Source: Camelus dromedarius
Lineage: Eukaryota
Length of the DNA stretch: 64,000 nucleotides
Direction of reading: 5' to 3'
Assembly: GCF_036321535.1 (NCBI RefSeq)
Contig: NC_087447.1
Span: forward strand, 51,524,001-51,588,000
Below the pieces are notes generated by a model that was not told the origin of the DNA, searched no databases, and saw only the letters and a list, made by a program, of their open reading frames with translations. The first letter of the stretch is position 1. Every line of letters starts with the position of its first letter. Below, one piece after another: positions 27,915 through 41,803 of this stretch. The position numbers and the translations under genes were made by a program.

Positions 27915-28035
27915 CTGTCCAGGCAGTGTGGGAGAGGTACACCTGAGTGATAAGCCGGTGACGCCCTGGGCCAGGATTCCGGAAGTCTGCCGGCTTAGGG
28001 TGGATCATCTGAGCCTGACCATCTGGATATAAGAC
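27915..28035 (-). CDS. INTS4: INTS4 exon (about 22)
   Basis: cttag|GTC...ACA G|gtaag, 121 nt. VLYPDGQAQMIHPKPADFRNPGPGRHRLITQVYLSHTAWT. Confidence 0.97.
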
Positions 28036-29038
28036 CTAAGAGGTGACAGATACAAGAAAGAGGCAGAAGAGCCATGAGCTTTTAACAAAATTGCTGGTGA
28101 CACCTGCTGTGAATCCCAAAACAGGAGGAAAAGAAAAGAAGACACTAGCCTTCACAAGAAACTGCTCCTGGAGGAGAGGACAATACTGTCAACATCTCTC
28201 TACCCACTCCCCAGCACAAGGCGGTGTGTGGTAAATGTTTCCTGAATTCATGGACTGAGTGACAGGAATAAAGTACCTCTATTAAATACACGGAGAGGTT
28301 AAAATATTAATCCTGACATGAAAAGCCTTCCCAGGCACCCCCATCAGGATGACTCTCCCTCCCTGGCTCTGAATCATATCATGGCCCAGCATCCATCACC
28401 AATCATCAAGTATTAAGAGTAAGTTTGTAACTCTCCACTCGATCATAAGCAGCTAGGAAGCTGTTTATCTCTTTCTACAGAAACAGTGTTCAATGAAGGG
28501 TCTGCTCAAATCACTGGCCAGTTCTTCAAGTCTCACAACTGCCAAAGAGCCCTCTCTCAGCACCCAGAGGAGCCTCACAGCTATCAGTGTAGAGGGCCTA
28601 TTACACTGCATAGTGTATAAATGAGCTAAATGAATGAATGAAGCATATCCTAGAAACACACCAGACCTGGGCTATGGGAATACACTGATAAGGGTAAAGT
28701 AGGAACTTCACAGGTTTCTCAACTTTGAAACTCTAGGGAGGTATGTCTCAGCCCAGCTGCACCATAACTCCTTTCATCTGCCCAGAACAAAAGTGTTTGA
28801 GGCAGGGTAGGTAAAGTGGACGGTACTTTCCTACCATCAGAGCTGTCCCGCAATTGGGCAGCGAGTTCCCCATCTCCCCACCTGTAAAGGCATTGAAACA
28901 GTTTGGCCATGCATGTAGTAGAGCTACTTTGAAGGTGATTTTTCAGTAGAGTCTAGCAGATGATCCTAACATAACCTATCTGCAATCTCATTTATGCTCA
29001 GTCAGTCAGCAAACTTTTTTTCCAGGGACAATGTGAAA

Positions 29039-29225
29039 CAGTGGTTCTCAACCCTGGCTATGCATTATTAGAATCACCTATGAGCTTTCTAATAAAAAAA
29101 TGCTGGAACCCATGGGCCCTGCTCTCAGGATTATGATTTAACTGATACAAGCTGAGTTCTGTGCATCAGTACTTTGTAACACTTTCTGAATAATTCTAAA
29201 ATGTAGCTAGGATGGAGAACCATTA
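29039..29225. mobile_element. MER5A-like hAT element
   Basis: cagtggttctcaaccctggct...tagaatcacct...gagaaccatt termini. Confidence 0.75.
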
Positions 29226-30099
29226 ATGTTGGGGGGAAACAAAAACAAACAGGCAAAAAAAACTGCAGCACAAACTCACAGCCAGCTCAGAATTAGTTCC
29301 CTGTAGGTCTCAAGATTGTGAGCAATCAAGGATTTACTAAGAGGTCATTATATTCTTAACTTATCCTGTGCCTGTCTGAACTGATGACTAAACTTTTGTT
29401 TTACAGCTGCCTGTCCATTTGTCTGTCTCTCATTGAAACTAAGCATCCTGAGGACAGGAATTCTGACATATTTGCTTAGCCCTTAACATGTACAGCAGAG
29501 CAAGCATCACTGCATGAATGAAAGGAAGGAAGGAAAAATGGGCAAACGGGTAGTACTCTTTTGGGGGCTTAACTGCAGACTGTTAAATTGATTAGTGTCT
29601 ATACTGCATCTCTTACATGTCTCTAGTACATCAATCCAACTTAGGGAAAAATACTCTCCAGTGACTGCTGCTTCCCACGCATAAATTTTATTCACCAAGC
29701 CGACCTACCCACAGCCTGAAAAGTTTATTATAGCTTGCTTGTAACCCTGGAAATACCAAGTTTTAACCTCACATTGTATGAACAGAAAGGGCCCTGTTTT
29801 TCAGTGAACCCTTACCAGATCCAAGGGTTTTATAAACATCAACTCATTTCAATATCAACCATTCCTATTTGTTAGTTATCTAACAAATCTGAATCTGAGG
29901 TTCAGAGTTTAAAGTAACTTGCTCCAGACCATACCCAGCAGTACTGCTGGCATTCATGCCCAGGCTCTTTTTTATAAAACCTCATCTCTTCTCTCTCCCC
30001 AGTTTCTGTCCTTCAGGCAGAAATTACAGGGGTGATAAAGTAAAAAGATTCAACACAAAGTCAGTTTAGAAGCTCCAGGGACACCAAAACCTGACAGAC

Positions 30100-30243
30100 C
30101 TGGACCTTGACAATGTTCTGAGGATCCTGCACATGTTCCAGGGTTGCATCGACATCCAGGGCCACCACCAACCCAGATGTAAACCGCAAAGGGTTGTCTG
30201 ACTCGCCTGCTGGCTCAATAATGGTAGCTGAGGCTTTGTGGAT
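30100..30243 (-). CDS. INTS4: INTS4 exon (about 21)
   Basis: ttacag|ATC...CAG|gtctgt, 144 nt. IHKASATIIEPAGESDNPLRFTSGLVVALDVDATLEHVQDPQNIVKVQ. Confidence 0.95.
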
Positions 30244-30465
30244 CTGTAAGCAAGAAGAAAATATGTTTCTCAAGCCAGATCATCTCTGAGCAACAAAACA
30301 TGATCCTTGCTTTTCTCTCTCCTTATCTAATGAGTGTCCATATGATAGCCGACGAGAGGAAAAGCTGTAACCTAGCTGCTCCATTGGTCAAAGAAGATCA
30401 CCAAGGTGAGCAGTTTTATTTCTCTAGATGGATTTGGCCTGAAGGGGTATGACACAGACCCTGAC

Positions 30466-30625
30466 CTGCTCTGGAAGGGGAAGGTGTAGAAAGGTACTCT
30501 GCCGCAGCATGGTCTGTAGAATTTTGACCACTTCTGCAGGTTTGGCTGTCATGAGTCGGGGCATGAGGTCAAGAAGTTTGTCCACAAAGCTGTCTTGCAG
30601 GTGGGGCAAATCGGCAATGAAACAC
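30466..30625 (-). CDS. INTS4: INTS4 exon (about 20)
   Basis: tccag|G TGT...CAG|gtcag, 160 nt. CFIADLPHLQDSFVDKLLDLMPRLMTAKPAEVVKILQTMLRQSTFLHLPLPEQ. Confidence 0.96.
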
Positions 30626-31971
30626 CTGGAGGAATAAACAGAAGCAAACGACTATGCATTCACTCACCACAGGCTGAGCCTCAAACATCTTCCAAGCCCT
30701 GAGGCAGGAAAAGTGATAAACTGGTTCCCGAGGAAAGCCATACTAGATAATTATGCTGTAGTAACTTGATCATCATAACAGCCTTGTTTATTAAATACCC
30801 ATATGCTCTAGGCATCCTCTTAAGTGTTTTACACTATCTTGTTTAATCCTCCCAGTAATTCTGTGCATTGTTAGAATTACTTTCATATTACAATTTCACT
30901 AATTAATTTAATAAATGTCTTTAGGAATTACCAAGTACTGAGTACTATTCTAGACACTGGGGACATAACAGTGAGTGAAAGAGAAGAAAATGCCTGTCTT
31001 AATGGAGCTTATAATCATTAATAGGAAAAGATACCAGAGACTCAGAGAGGATAATGCTGCACTGAGGCCTAAAAAAGTTAAGTAACTTACTCCCAGCTCT
31101 GACTGATTCCACAGTACTTCTGCTTTGTGGAAATGGATAGTCAAAAAATGTATCACTGAGGGGGTGATATCACTACACTCAGAGGGTAAATTAAGAAAGA
31201 ATGTGCAGCTCGAAACAACAGATGAGGAGCTGTGGTAAATCAGGGCTGTTACCTTTCCAAAAATATCTTCAACACAACTGTGCAAAAACAGATCCTCCAC
31301 TTTAAAGAATCTAAAACTAAAAGTAAGACATGGACTTCATTGAGATTTGAAGTCAGGATCTTAGGGTCAAGCTAGATTGTATCATTTGCTAGAGAGCAGG
31401 CCCTACTGGTGAAGGGCAGTATTGCAACCTAGCCCTATAGGGAGCTATTCTCATTCAAACGGAAAAGCCTGAGAAGTGCAGAGTCATATAAACCTCAGGT
31501 TTGGTAAAGTTCATGCGGGTGGGAACAAGGAGTGGAAGCAAAAAATACGGGACTTAATAAATATTAGATTTCAAAATCCTACAAAAGCCTTCTTCCCAGT
31601 ATTGTATCTCCAGCACACCACAGGTCTGGTTACTACCTTGACTCCCACTGCTTCACAAGCCTTCCACTCAACTATTGCATTTATTTTAGCTGATTTGTTT
31701 CAAAAAAATCCTGAGAAAACATATTTATGCTACAAAATAAAAGCTACCTGCAGAACTTGGAACAATTTTTTGTAGATTACAGAGAAATATGTAAGTTTAA
31801 GAACCACGGTGAAAAAAGGTAAGCTGTGATTTTTCAACAAGAGTTAGAGTTTTTTCACATAATATTTGTCTTTTTCTGGCCCAGTTGAGTAAATCATCAA
31901 AATGATTTCTGATATTTTTACTATTCTGTTGTACTTTTAGCTAACTTAACTGTATATACCAGTAAAGAAAA

Positions 31972-32121
31972 TAGTTATCTCTCAGTATCTGTAGGGGACT
32001 GGTGCCAGGACTGCTTGCAGATTCCAAAATCCAGATGCTCAAACCCTTTATATAAAATGGAAGTAAAGTCAGGTTCTCCATATCCACAAATGCAGAACCC
32101 ACAAATACTGAGGGTCAACTA
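31972..32121. mobile_element. MER2-like (Tigger) MITE
   Basis: Inverted termini agttatctctcagtatctg and aaatactgagggtcaact. Confidence 0.65.
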
Positions 32122-32261
32122 TATACAAATTAGGCACCCTGCACATATAATAATAGCTTGGCTGCATGGGCTAAACCAAAGATTCTGGCTTGTGATCAGT
32201 TTGTAAGTGCTACTCTTTCCATAACCAAGATTTAATAAGCTAGAAGGGATGAAGTACTTAC

Positions 32262-32321
32262 CTCTGAAAAAAGTCCACTTCTTGTAAAAATTTTTCACAC
32301 ATTCCAAATAAGGGGTCAACT
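32262..32321 (-). CDS. INTS4: INTS4 exon (about 19)
   Basis: ctacag|A GTT...CAG AG|gtaag, 60 nt. VDPLFGMCEKFLQEVDFFQR. Confidence 0.95.
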
Positions 32322-34116
32322 CTGTAGAGAAGTAAAAACAAACAAAAATAAAACATGTAATTTGCTTGTAATTTCTGAGAACTGAGGGGTAAAGACAAAA
32401 TTCCCAGAAACCTGAATTTTAAAAGGCAATTATGGTACAAAAAGAACAGTGGTGGGCAAGTTAGGGCTAAATAATTTTGATTATGTACTTATAAAGGTTA
32501 ATGCATATTCTAAGAAAGGATTCTTAAAATAAGATACATTAAAAACCATAACCCAATATATTATATAGCAGAAGAAATTATAGCCTTTAGCTTGTAATAA
32601 CTCTTAATGGAGTATAATCTGTAAAAATACTGAATCACTATGTTGAACACCTAAAACAAATATAATATTGTAAATCAACTATACGTCAATAAAAAAGTCT
32701 GAAACTAAATTCCAAATTACTTAACAGTATGAGACAATCAAATAAAAATACACTAAAACTTTCATCTTGATTAGATATGATCTTGATAGAGACGTTCATA
32801 AATTCTATTTCATTTTTTAATTCTGATAAGTTCAACCAGTTTATTAAAAATATAAGAATAAAAATACTATTTATACAATATGAGCTAACATGTGTCAAGT
32901 GTTTACTCTGAATGTGTCGGGCAGTATTTTAAGGGCTTTACAAACAATCATTCAAAAATCCTTAAAATAACCCTATGACAGAGAGGCAGGTACTATTATT
33001 ATCCCAGTTTAACTTATGGGAAAGAAACTGAGGCAGAGAAGTCTTAAGCAACTTGTCCAAGGTCACTAAGTTTGCAAACGGTGGAGTCAAGATCTGAATC
33101 TAAGCTGTGAGGCACCACAGTCCTCTTAACCATTGTGTTCTCTTGCTTCTCACTTGAATAGGTTAAAATTAGGGTACAGAACTTTCAAAGCTCTGGAAGA
33201 AAAAGAAACAGAACAATCAACCCAGCAAAAATCAAGGGGGAAAAAAGAAGCAGGAATGCATACAAATGGAATATAATACAGCATAAGTAAAGACCAAATA
33301 TATTAGAATCTTTATATAACATAGAAATATGAAATAGTATATTGTTGGATGAAATAAAAATGAGGAAGAACAGTGAAGCATATTATGATTCAATTTATGT
33401 TAATGCACACACATTTATAATCTATATGTTTGGACAGTTGTTTTAGAAAAGGTGGATTATCAGAGAGCATAGCCTTCACGTAACCTGCAATATTTAAATT
33501 TTTATAATAATCACATATAACTAAAAAAGATCTCTATTTTCTTTAAATAAAAAAGTGTAGATGCCATCACAAGCACCTGTCTTTTCTCAAATGTGACTGG
33601 GACATAGCAGAGATTAAACATTTGTTAAATGAATGTATGGCTATATCTAAGATTAAATCACCACCTGAATTTATCAGGTTACCATCAAGACAAATGAAAA
33701 AATAAAATAATACTCAGAATGTTCTTTCTGATGTAGTATTTTTCAGTGCTTATTTAAACACTCGTATTTATTTCTCTACACCATTTTTTTGGCTGACACA
33801 ACTGGTGGACTGACCATCAAATGTGTCTTCTGTCTGGTAATGAGATCCTTAAGTACACTATTAAATCCATGGTGCCATCATTCTTAAGACGAACCTTTAT
33901 TTTATGAAATACCAAGAAAAAAATACTTTTAATCAAACTACGGTACACCATCAAAATATCTAATTTCAGAAAAGTTAAAAATTTTTAACATGCATTTTAG
34001 AATCAATGAAATATAGCAATTTTCATTACCAGAAAGTCTAACAGCTACCATTATAAGATTTTACCATGTATCAAGTGCCATGCTAACTGCTCTGACACAT
34101 ATTATCTTAGTCATTC

Positions 34117-34261
34117 TTTTTTTTTTTTTTTGTAACTTCTTTTGGGGGGGGCTGGGGGAGGTAATTAGGTTTATTCATTTTTAGAGAAGGTACTGGGGAT
34201 TGAACCCAGGACCTCATGCATGCTAAGCATAAGCTCTACCACTTCAGCTATATCATCCCCC
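34117..34261 (-). mobile_element. tRNA-Ala-derived camelid SINE
   Basis: Reverse complement of the SINE consensus, with a poly-T tail at the left end. Confidence 0.9.
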
Positions 34262-34791
34262 TTATCCTATTCTTTCTTTGTGAAACACCATGAGATACAT
34301 GCTGTCGTTATTCTCATTTTACATACAGGGAAACAAAGCACAGAGAAGCTAAAGAACCTATCTGTAATCTAACAACTAGTAAGGAGAGATTTGAACAAAG
34401 TAGTCTCACAGCACAACACGTTGTCTTAATTTGTCTTTACTGCCTACAGTAAAGCAGTAAATAAATACTCCCTTCAGAAGAGAAAACAATAGCTCCCGGC
34501 ACTAAATTCTAAAAGAAATCTACAAAGGACCATACAGAATGCTTTGTTGCCAAATGAGTCCTACATTGTATTACAGGCAATGGAGAGCCACTGGAATGTT
34601 TTCCCAAGGATCTAATCTGATCCAAGAATGGAACTTGGAATATCTGAAAAAAATGAAAAGCTCACGTATCCCTTAGGTAGTCTTTTGTATATATCATTTC
34701 ATGCATCATTCACTTTGGTGAGATCTCTGAACACATTTGGAAGTGTCTTTGAAAGAATAGGGCCACCCTTTCGGCCAACCACACATCTTAC

Positions 34792-34922
34792 CCTCGAGTA
34801 GTCCGTGCTGTTACTATAAGTTGCAAGGCTTTGGCCTGTAGCCTCATGTGATGGATAATCACCACCTGCTTGTTCTCCACTCCACTATACATGAATTCCA
34901 TTTTGTAGGTCTCTTCCATGAT
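34792..34922 (-). CDS. INTS4: INTS4 exon (about 18)
   Basis: tttatag|ATC...CGA GG|gtaag, 131 nt. IMEETYKMEFMYSGVENKQVVIIHHMRLQAKALQLIVTARTTR. Confidence 0.96.
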
Positions 34923-36764
34923 CTATAAAGAAAAGGTAAGAAATATCAGTGAAAACATCATAATAGTCTTGGGAGCAGCAAAGAATTCTAAATGAAACAC
35001 AATCTGAACAGTTTTTTTTTAATGCCTATGCCTTAATTCTGAACTGAGATTTTTAAGTGTTCTCTCATGTTGAGAGAAATTAGTATAATCTTAAGAGAAA
35101 TTAATATATGTGTTGAGAAAAATTAGTACAGAATGTCTTGTGAGAAGAGAATAAATTACTCTGTCAATTAAAAAAAAACTTTCACCTGGTAATATCTTAG
35201 ATGATGATATAAAGATATGAAAGTTTAAACTGATAAAATTGCAAAGCACTGCTTGTAACTCTAGAGCAAATTCACTGTGCTGCAGCAGCAAATGAATATA
35301 TGCTATGTATGGAAACATAAACCCAGGAAAGTCCTCAAGAATTAAGCACTGGGAACCGCTAACCACTTGTTAGTCATCCAGACAGACTGTTCTATCGGCA
35401 TGACTGTCAGAGGGAGTGTAGGGAAGGAATCAGTGCAGAAAACAATGTCAGTGACCTTCAGCTCAAACCTACTGCATCTTAAGTTCCTGCTCTATTCTAT
35501 CCAAGTTAGCCACTCCCATCCAAATGATGCTTCTTTTTCTCTCTGTGCTTGCCTCCCTTTGAAGACTTTGGAGTCAGAGAAATGATTCCAGGTTCCCCTA
35601 CAACTGACAGTAAAATAAGTTGCTTAATTATAATGGTGTCTCAGTCTCCCTATCTGTAAATGCAGAAGAAACAGTACCAACATCATAAAATTTAAAGGAT
35701 TAAATGGGGCATGGAAAGTGTTTAGTACATTAACTGGTATATAGCAATGGTAATTCCATTCTTTCTTCCAGACTACAGCTCTTGGGTCCCACCCCTCCCA
35801 ACATGGCCCATTTGGGGCTCTAGTCATTAAGTTCTACTCCCTACAATAAGCCACAAAGCAGGTCTGAGAGGGAGTCTAAATTAGATGAGAGATCAAGCAG
35901 TGTAGTGGAAAGAGAACAGACTCTGCGTATCAGAGGATCTGGGTTCAAGTCACCTCTTGAATATAACCTTGCTGAGCCTTAACTGTTTGATCTGTACTTA
36001 AAATTTACTTAATACTTAATACTTACTCCTTAAGACTTAATACTTACTCCTACTTAATGCGATTATTATGAGGGTCAATTAAAACAGACTTGAAATCATT
36101 TAGTGACCTGTCACATAACAATCACAGTCACAATCATTATTTCCCACTGGGTCATAATCAGTCATCAATCATATAAAGATTCACTATTGGGAAGATACGA
36201 CCCAGAAGAGTTCACCAAATCCCAATACCCAAGAATGAAGGGAAAGTGCTCAAAGCTAGAAAGAAACTTAAAGCAAACAAAATTAAATGGTACTTAATGA
36301 ACTAAGGAGAAACATAAGGGCCTTTTAAAATTAAGAAATGGTAAAAAAATAAATAAAAAAGAAGAGAGAGAGAGAGAGAGAAATGGTACAAGCTAAAAAT
36401 ACAATCTCAAAATGAATTCAGCTACATTTTCATATGAAAGATTCATGATAGTATTTAATGGATTTTAATACATCTGAAATATAAACTAATAATATTTTAG
36501 AACACAAAACAATCTTAGAAATCAGAGATTTCAATATCACCCAGCAAATTAGAAGCTGACATGGGAATAGAACCCAGGTCCCCTGACTCTAAAGCCAGTG
36601 CTGTGTCCCCTAATTATGCTGCTTCTCTTATCACTAATTTCTGTCACAAGCTAAAACTGAGGAGGCCACAGCTGAGGAATGGAGCCTTGTGAAAGCCTCT
36701 GACTCTGACTTAGACGACACAATTCCTGAACAGAAATCTGAGGACAAGATCTCAATAAGCTTAC

Positions 36765-36845
36765 CTGTTTTGCTGCTGCCAAGGCCAAATCGCTCTGCTT
36801 CAAATACAAAGGGGCGGCCACATTCCACAGCTTTTCCTGCAACGC
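36765..36845 (-). CDS. INTS4: INTS4 exon (about 17)
   Basis: tgtag|GCG...CAG|gtaag, 81 nt. ALQEKLWNVAAPLYLKQSDLALAAAKQ. Confidence 0.96.
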
Positions 36846-37442
36846 CTACAGAGACAAATCAGGAGAGGAGAGAACACAAAGGTTAAAAAGACTGCCAAAT
36901 CATTTGAGACTTGTATTTGTTTTGCTTTGAAAATTGACCATGATCAGGACTTTCTTCCAATTTTATTCTTTTAAGTCAATAAGCTGTACTTGTTATGGAC
37001 AGAGAGACCAATGGATTGGGTCAAATGAACTCCTCCCCATTCAATTCTTAGCCCTAAGACCCTTTATCCTAGACTACAACTTGCAAGTAGAGTGCAGGAG
37101 CCATGAAGGCCTCAGCACAATGTCCAGGCAAGCCAGGCCTCTAAGGACTACTCTGACTGCCTCGACCCTTCTTCCCTGACTCAGTTCTTTTTTCTTTGCT
37201 TCATGCTCACTGTCCTTTGAACAGCCCCATCACCTTACCAACATATTCACACAAGAAATCAAGGAGCTTTCCTAGATTCCTCCCTCTTTCAACCTCTCTA
37301 CATTCAAAACTATCACTGAGAGCCACAGATCTTACATTCCATCTTTCTCCCCTCCTATCCATCCATTTAGCTCCATCTCTCAAATAAACTACTTTTATTT
37401 TCACAGTCCTTCTTAATTATGGACATAATCTAATGTCTAAAC

Positions 37443-37766
37443 CTAGAATAAAACTGTCCAATAGAAACAGCACAAACCATGTATGTAATTTTACATTTTC
37501 TAGTAGCCACATTTTTAAAAGTAAAAAGAAATAGGTGAAATTAATTTTAATGATATAATTTAACCCAGTATATCCAAGATATTATCACTTCACTATACAG
37601 TCAGTATCTTTTAAATTATTAATGAGGTAGTTTACATTTTTTTCATACTAAGTCTTAGAACTTCGGTGTGTATTTTGCTTTTATAGCACATCTCAATTTG
37701 AACATTTCAAGTGCCCAAAAGTCACATGTACCTAGTGACTATCATGTTACACAGTGGCAGGTCTAG
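37443..37766. mobile_element. MER33-like hAT element
   Basis: ctgtccaatagaaa...tctagtagccacatt...acatttcaagtgc. Confidence 0.7.
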
Positions 37767-39202
37767 ACGATAGACATAGAAATTTTTAAATTACCTAAAT
37801 CATACTATCACTAACAGAGTTATTGTTTTTGAATATATGTTTCCAAATATTTTTCATATGCATTTTTATATAGTCATAGTCAGAAAGCAGAAGTAATTTT
37901 GTATGCTTTTTTGGCTATATAACATTATATCATATTTTGTCATGCTGTTATATAATTCTTCACAAAGATCATTACTGCTACAGAATATACTGATAAATAG
38001 ATGTGCCTTTAGCTTTTCTCCTATTATCAAACCCTGGCCTGCCTTAGGTTCTAAGTCTAGGTCCCTTACCCCTGCTCTGCTCCATGATGTTGAGTAAAAA
38101 ACATAGTTCTATGTTCTTTTCAGGAGTAATCTCTTCTCTTTTCCTATGCAGAAGACAGCAAGTCAAGGAAGAAGACCAAAACTGACATGGCACTCATATG
38201 TACCAGACACTAGACCAAGGGTTTTCACATACACTGCTTGCTACCAATCCTCACCTGGGTAGAGTTATTATTAGCTCTGTTTCATAGAAACTTGGAAAAG
38301 CCAAACAATCTTGCAAAAGGACATGAAGGAACTCTTTTGGGGTAATGTAAATGTTCTATATATCTTAACTGTGGTGGTGGTTACACAGGTATATACATTT
38401 GAAAGAATCTATCTAGGCGAATAAGGGCTATTTAAATCCCAATCTACTTCAATGTACACCCCCACCATCACATGCATACACACACCTGTACAACCCTAAG
38501 CCCATACCTTAACAGCGGAAAATAAATTTCTGACCTCTCCATTTACTCTCTATTGGTCAAATATCATTAATAACTTTGAAGAATAACAACATTCAGAAGT
38601 AAAGCCAAGATAAAAGTCTTAACAAGTGAGAAAGGCTCCCCTAAACTCTAAGCCTAAATTTATAGTAGAACTCTGATGCAGAAGCTGAAAGCTACTGAGC
38701 TAGTTTAATTGGTTTTCAGCTCAGCTAACTGAAACAGCTCCTTGGGTACAATTTTGTGTGTTATATATATAATCTAACTATCTAGTATGAAATGCCAGCA
38801 AGTTGGCCCTTTGAAGAGCAATGAAATCAACCTTTGATTAATGTGACTTTGACAAAGTGAAATTAGCATTAAAAATAATAATATAAAAGTTTATACAATA
38901 TTTTTGCTAACCAAATTATTTTTAAAAAATCCTTGGGATTCTAATGAAAATGGTTACTCAATCTACTCTAATTATATAATGATGAAAGAATTTTCCTAAA
39001 TTAAAATACTTCAAGTTTCTCTATGAGTTAGCAATTCTTTAATTAGAGATAAATATAATTATACTGCAGGGTACATAATTTCTCCATTGCTAAGCGACTG
39101 CATAAGACCATATACTTTTCCACTTATGGCCTCAAACACTGCTGGATTCATTAAACTGCCTTTTTTGGATCACACTTGTGAACATAACGGCTCCAAACCA
39201 AC

Positions 39203-39296
39203 CTTGATGAGAAGAAGCTGACACCTAAGATAGGTAGCAGAGAAGTCAGCTACTCCTGCCAATTCACACTGAAGCTCTCCAAGTCTCTGCAGATCC
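39203..39296 (-). CDS. INTS4: INTS4 exon (about 16)
   Basis: ctacag|G GAT...AAG|gttgg, 94 nt. DLQRLGELQCELAGVADFSATYLRCQLLLIK. Confidence 0.96.
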
Positions 39297-39778
39297 CTGT
39301 AGCAAAAAAAAAAACAAAAACAAAAACCCGAGTCAAACAGAATAAAGATAATGACAACCATTAAAGATCATGTCAAAAGCATTTTACCATTTTATACCTA
39401 GTAAATTGGTCAAAAAATTTTTAAATGACAACACCCAATGCTAAAGTGGTTATAATGAAACTGGTTTACTTGCACTTTGACAGCAGTTTAAGCTGATAAA
39501 ATTCTTCTGGAAAGTAAAACTGTATTGTTATAAAAGTCACACATATGGTCAAATATTTTGATCAGTAGCTTATGCTGAGAAGGAAAATATTCAACAGAAA
39601 AGAACCGCTTTTTGCCACACAATATTCACTGTTGTATGGACTATTTTAGTAATACTTAAATACTCAGTGGTAGAGGAATTATTAAATAAATTACTGTACA
39701 ACCAATCAATGACATATTCTACAACCATTAAAATATAATATGGTAGTAATGATCCCAACTATGTAAAAAGTATACATA

Positions 39779-39823
39779 TATAGATAGACAGACAGACAGA
39801 TACATACATACATACATACATAC
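39779..39823. repeat. Compound tetranucleotide microsatellite (TAGA/CAGA/TACA)
   Basis: Read directly from the sequence. Confidence 0.9.
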
Positions 39824-39960
39824 GAGAAAAATGGAGCAAACTTTTCTGGATAGAGTATTAGGGTGCTTCTTAGTGCCTTCTCCCAACCATGCTTTATTTT
39901 TTAAATGTTTTATACAATGGATAAGTATGCTTTATATCAAAAAAAAATTTTTTAAGGTAT

Positions 39961-40470
39961 TGTACTCCATTCGCTGCCTACCCAGTTAGCCATTCTCCAC
40001 TTCTTCCCTACTAACCCTGATTTTCTTCTTATCCCCAAACCTAGTTCCAGGTAGAGTGCGACTGGATTAAGCCAATTAACACATGTCATCTCCCTGGTTA
40101 TGGACCTAAGTTGGCCTTATCAGTCCTAATGGAAGGACTTACATTCCATGCTTGAAGCAGGTCTTATGGTGGTCTCTGAGTCTCTCTTTCTCACTAGACT
40201 GAACAAGAATGTTTTATAGCCCTGATTATCACTGGCAGCCATAGTATAAGTACAAAACGAAAAAGTCTTGGGATAAAGCAAATGCTGAGATCAGGAAAAA
40301 TCCAAAGAAACAGAAAAACTGGGTCCTTAATGATATAAATGAACCACTTAACCGTAGCATACTTAGAAATGCCTCTGATTACTGTTCATATGAGGAAATA
40401 AGTAACCATTATGAGCTAATTTGAGATAAGGCTCTCTGATTCCTGCAGTTGAAGCTCCTAACTGGATACA
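39961..40470 (+). mobile_element. Old ERVL-like LTR (LTR16/LTR33-like)
   Basis: Shares a 5' motif (gctgcctaccc..ccatt...cttcttccct/ta..aaccctgatttt) and a 3' end (..ctaact.gataca) with the copies at 47081, 50369 and 52673. Confidence 0.6.
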
Positions 40471-40908
40471 GGTATAGACAAAGTGATTGGAACCATATAA
40501 AACCTATCTGCCTGTGGATAAAAAAATAGAAAGTGACACACACAGATAAAATAGTTGTACTGGGGGCTATGATCACTAATTTGAAATTTTTAATTTTTCA
40601 ATAGTACCTAGCTATAGAATTACACCAATAAGGAACAGAATTCAAAAGATACTAAAAGATACACAAGTAAGTTAATCTACTTTCCTATACCTGTGTGCTG
40701 CTAACCAGTGCACTCTTTCCAGAGGCAACCACCACTACCAGTTTCTTTTAAATTCTTCTGGAAATACCCTATACATCTACAAAAAGTAACATTTTTCTTT
40801 TCTTCTTCTTTTTTCGATAGGAGTGTTTATATGTGTGTGTGTGACCTAACAATCCATCTCAGAAAGAATTTGTAGAAAGTTGCCCTTTTTTTAATGGCAG
40901 CATCAAAA

Positions 40909-41349
40909 TGTCACTCAGAAACAATAACTGTGGGAAACCTAAAGATATGGCTCATGAGGAAAATTAACTGTTCCAGGGCTGGCATAATATATCAAGTTTT
41001 GTAGCAGCCTGCACAGAACTGTCCATTGGACTAAGCTCCTGCCTCTAATCTCAGGCAACTTTCTGATAGCCAATACTGCTTCCTGAGGACCTTGATGCCA
41101 GAAAGAAGATGGCCTGGAAAGGGGCAAAAAGTGAATTACTCCAAAAGTGACTGAAGAAATTGGGGTCTGTGGCTTATATACCATCTCTTGTGAATTTTGG
41201 CGGTTTGAGCTGATCCTGGAGAGCTTGCTCTTGTTTGGTAATCCAGCCCAATAAAAAGCAAGACCCTGTACTACCTAACTATACCTTGAAAATGCTATTT
41301 TGGTGGTCAGCTGGTCTCTCTCTTTTGCACCTCTGATGTCTCTCTTGCA
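40909..41349 (+). mobile_element. Solo LTR (ERV1-like)
   Basis: TG...CA ends with AAAA on both sides as a likely TSD. TATA-like cttatata near 41173 and AATAAA at 41250-41255. Confidence 0.7.
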
Positions 41350-41803
41350 AAAAAAAAAAAAAAAATCATTCTACTTCTGAACCATTTCATCTCCAGAAAC
41401 AATCTGCTTTCTGTCACAATTACAGACAACACTGACTAGCTGACTATATGTTAGCTGACTGCCCCAGGTGTTGTCATTCTACCACCCTTGCACTGTAGCA
41501 ATTGTTCTGAACTGTACAGAACAAGACACAACCCAACTAGCCATGGGAAACCTGAAGTACTGTACAAACAAAAACAGAAACTTGCTAGCCCTACACAAAG
41601 CACTCAGTGTCCCAGTGAGCCAAATCTCTCTGTGCCTCTTTATGCCCACAATCCTCAGGAAGCTTCAGTTTATACACCCATCAGGAGACTATGGACACTT
41701 CATAAAAAAGGTACAGAAAGCACCTTTTATGCACACTGTACTAGGTATGCTAGGTGTTTCCTTACTCAAGCTTATTTAATCCTTAACATGTGAACTGCAA
41801 TTA

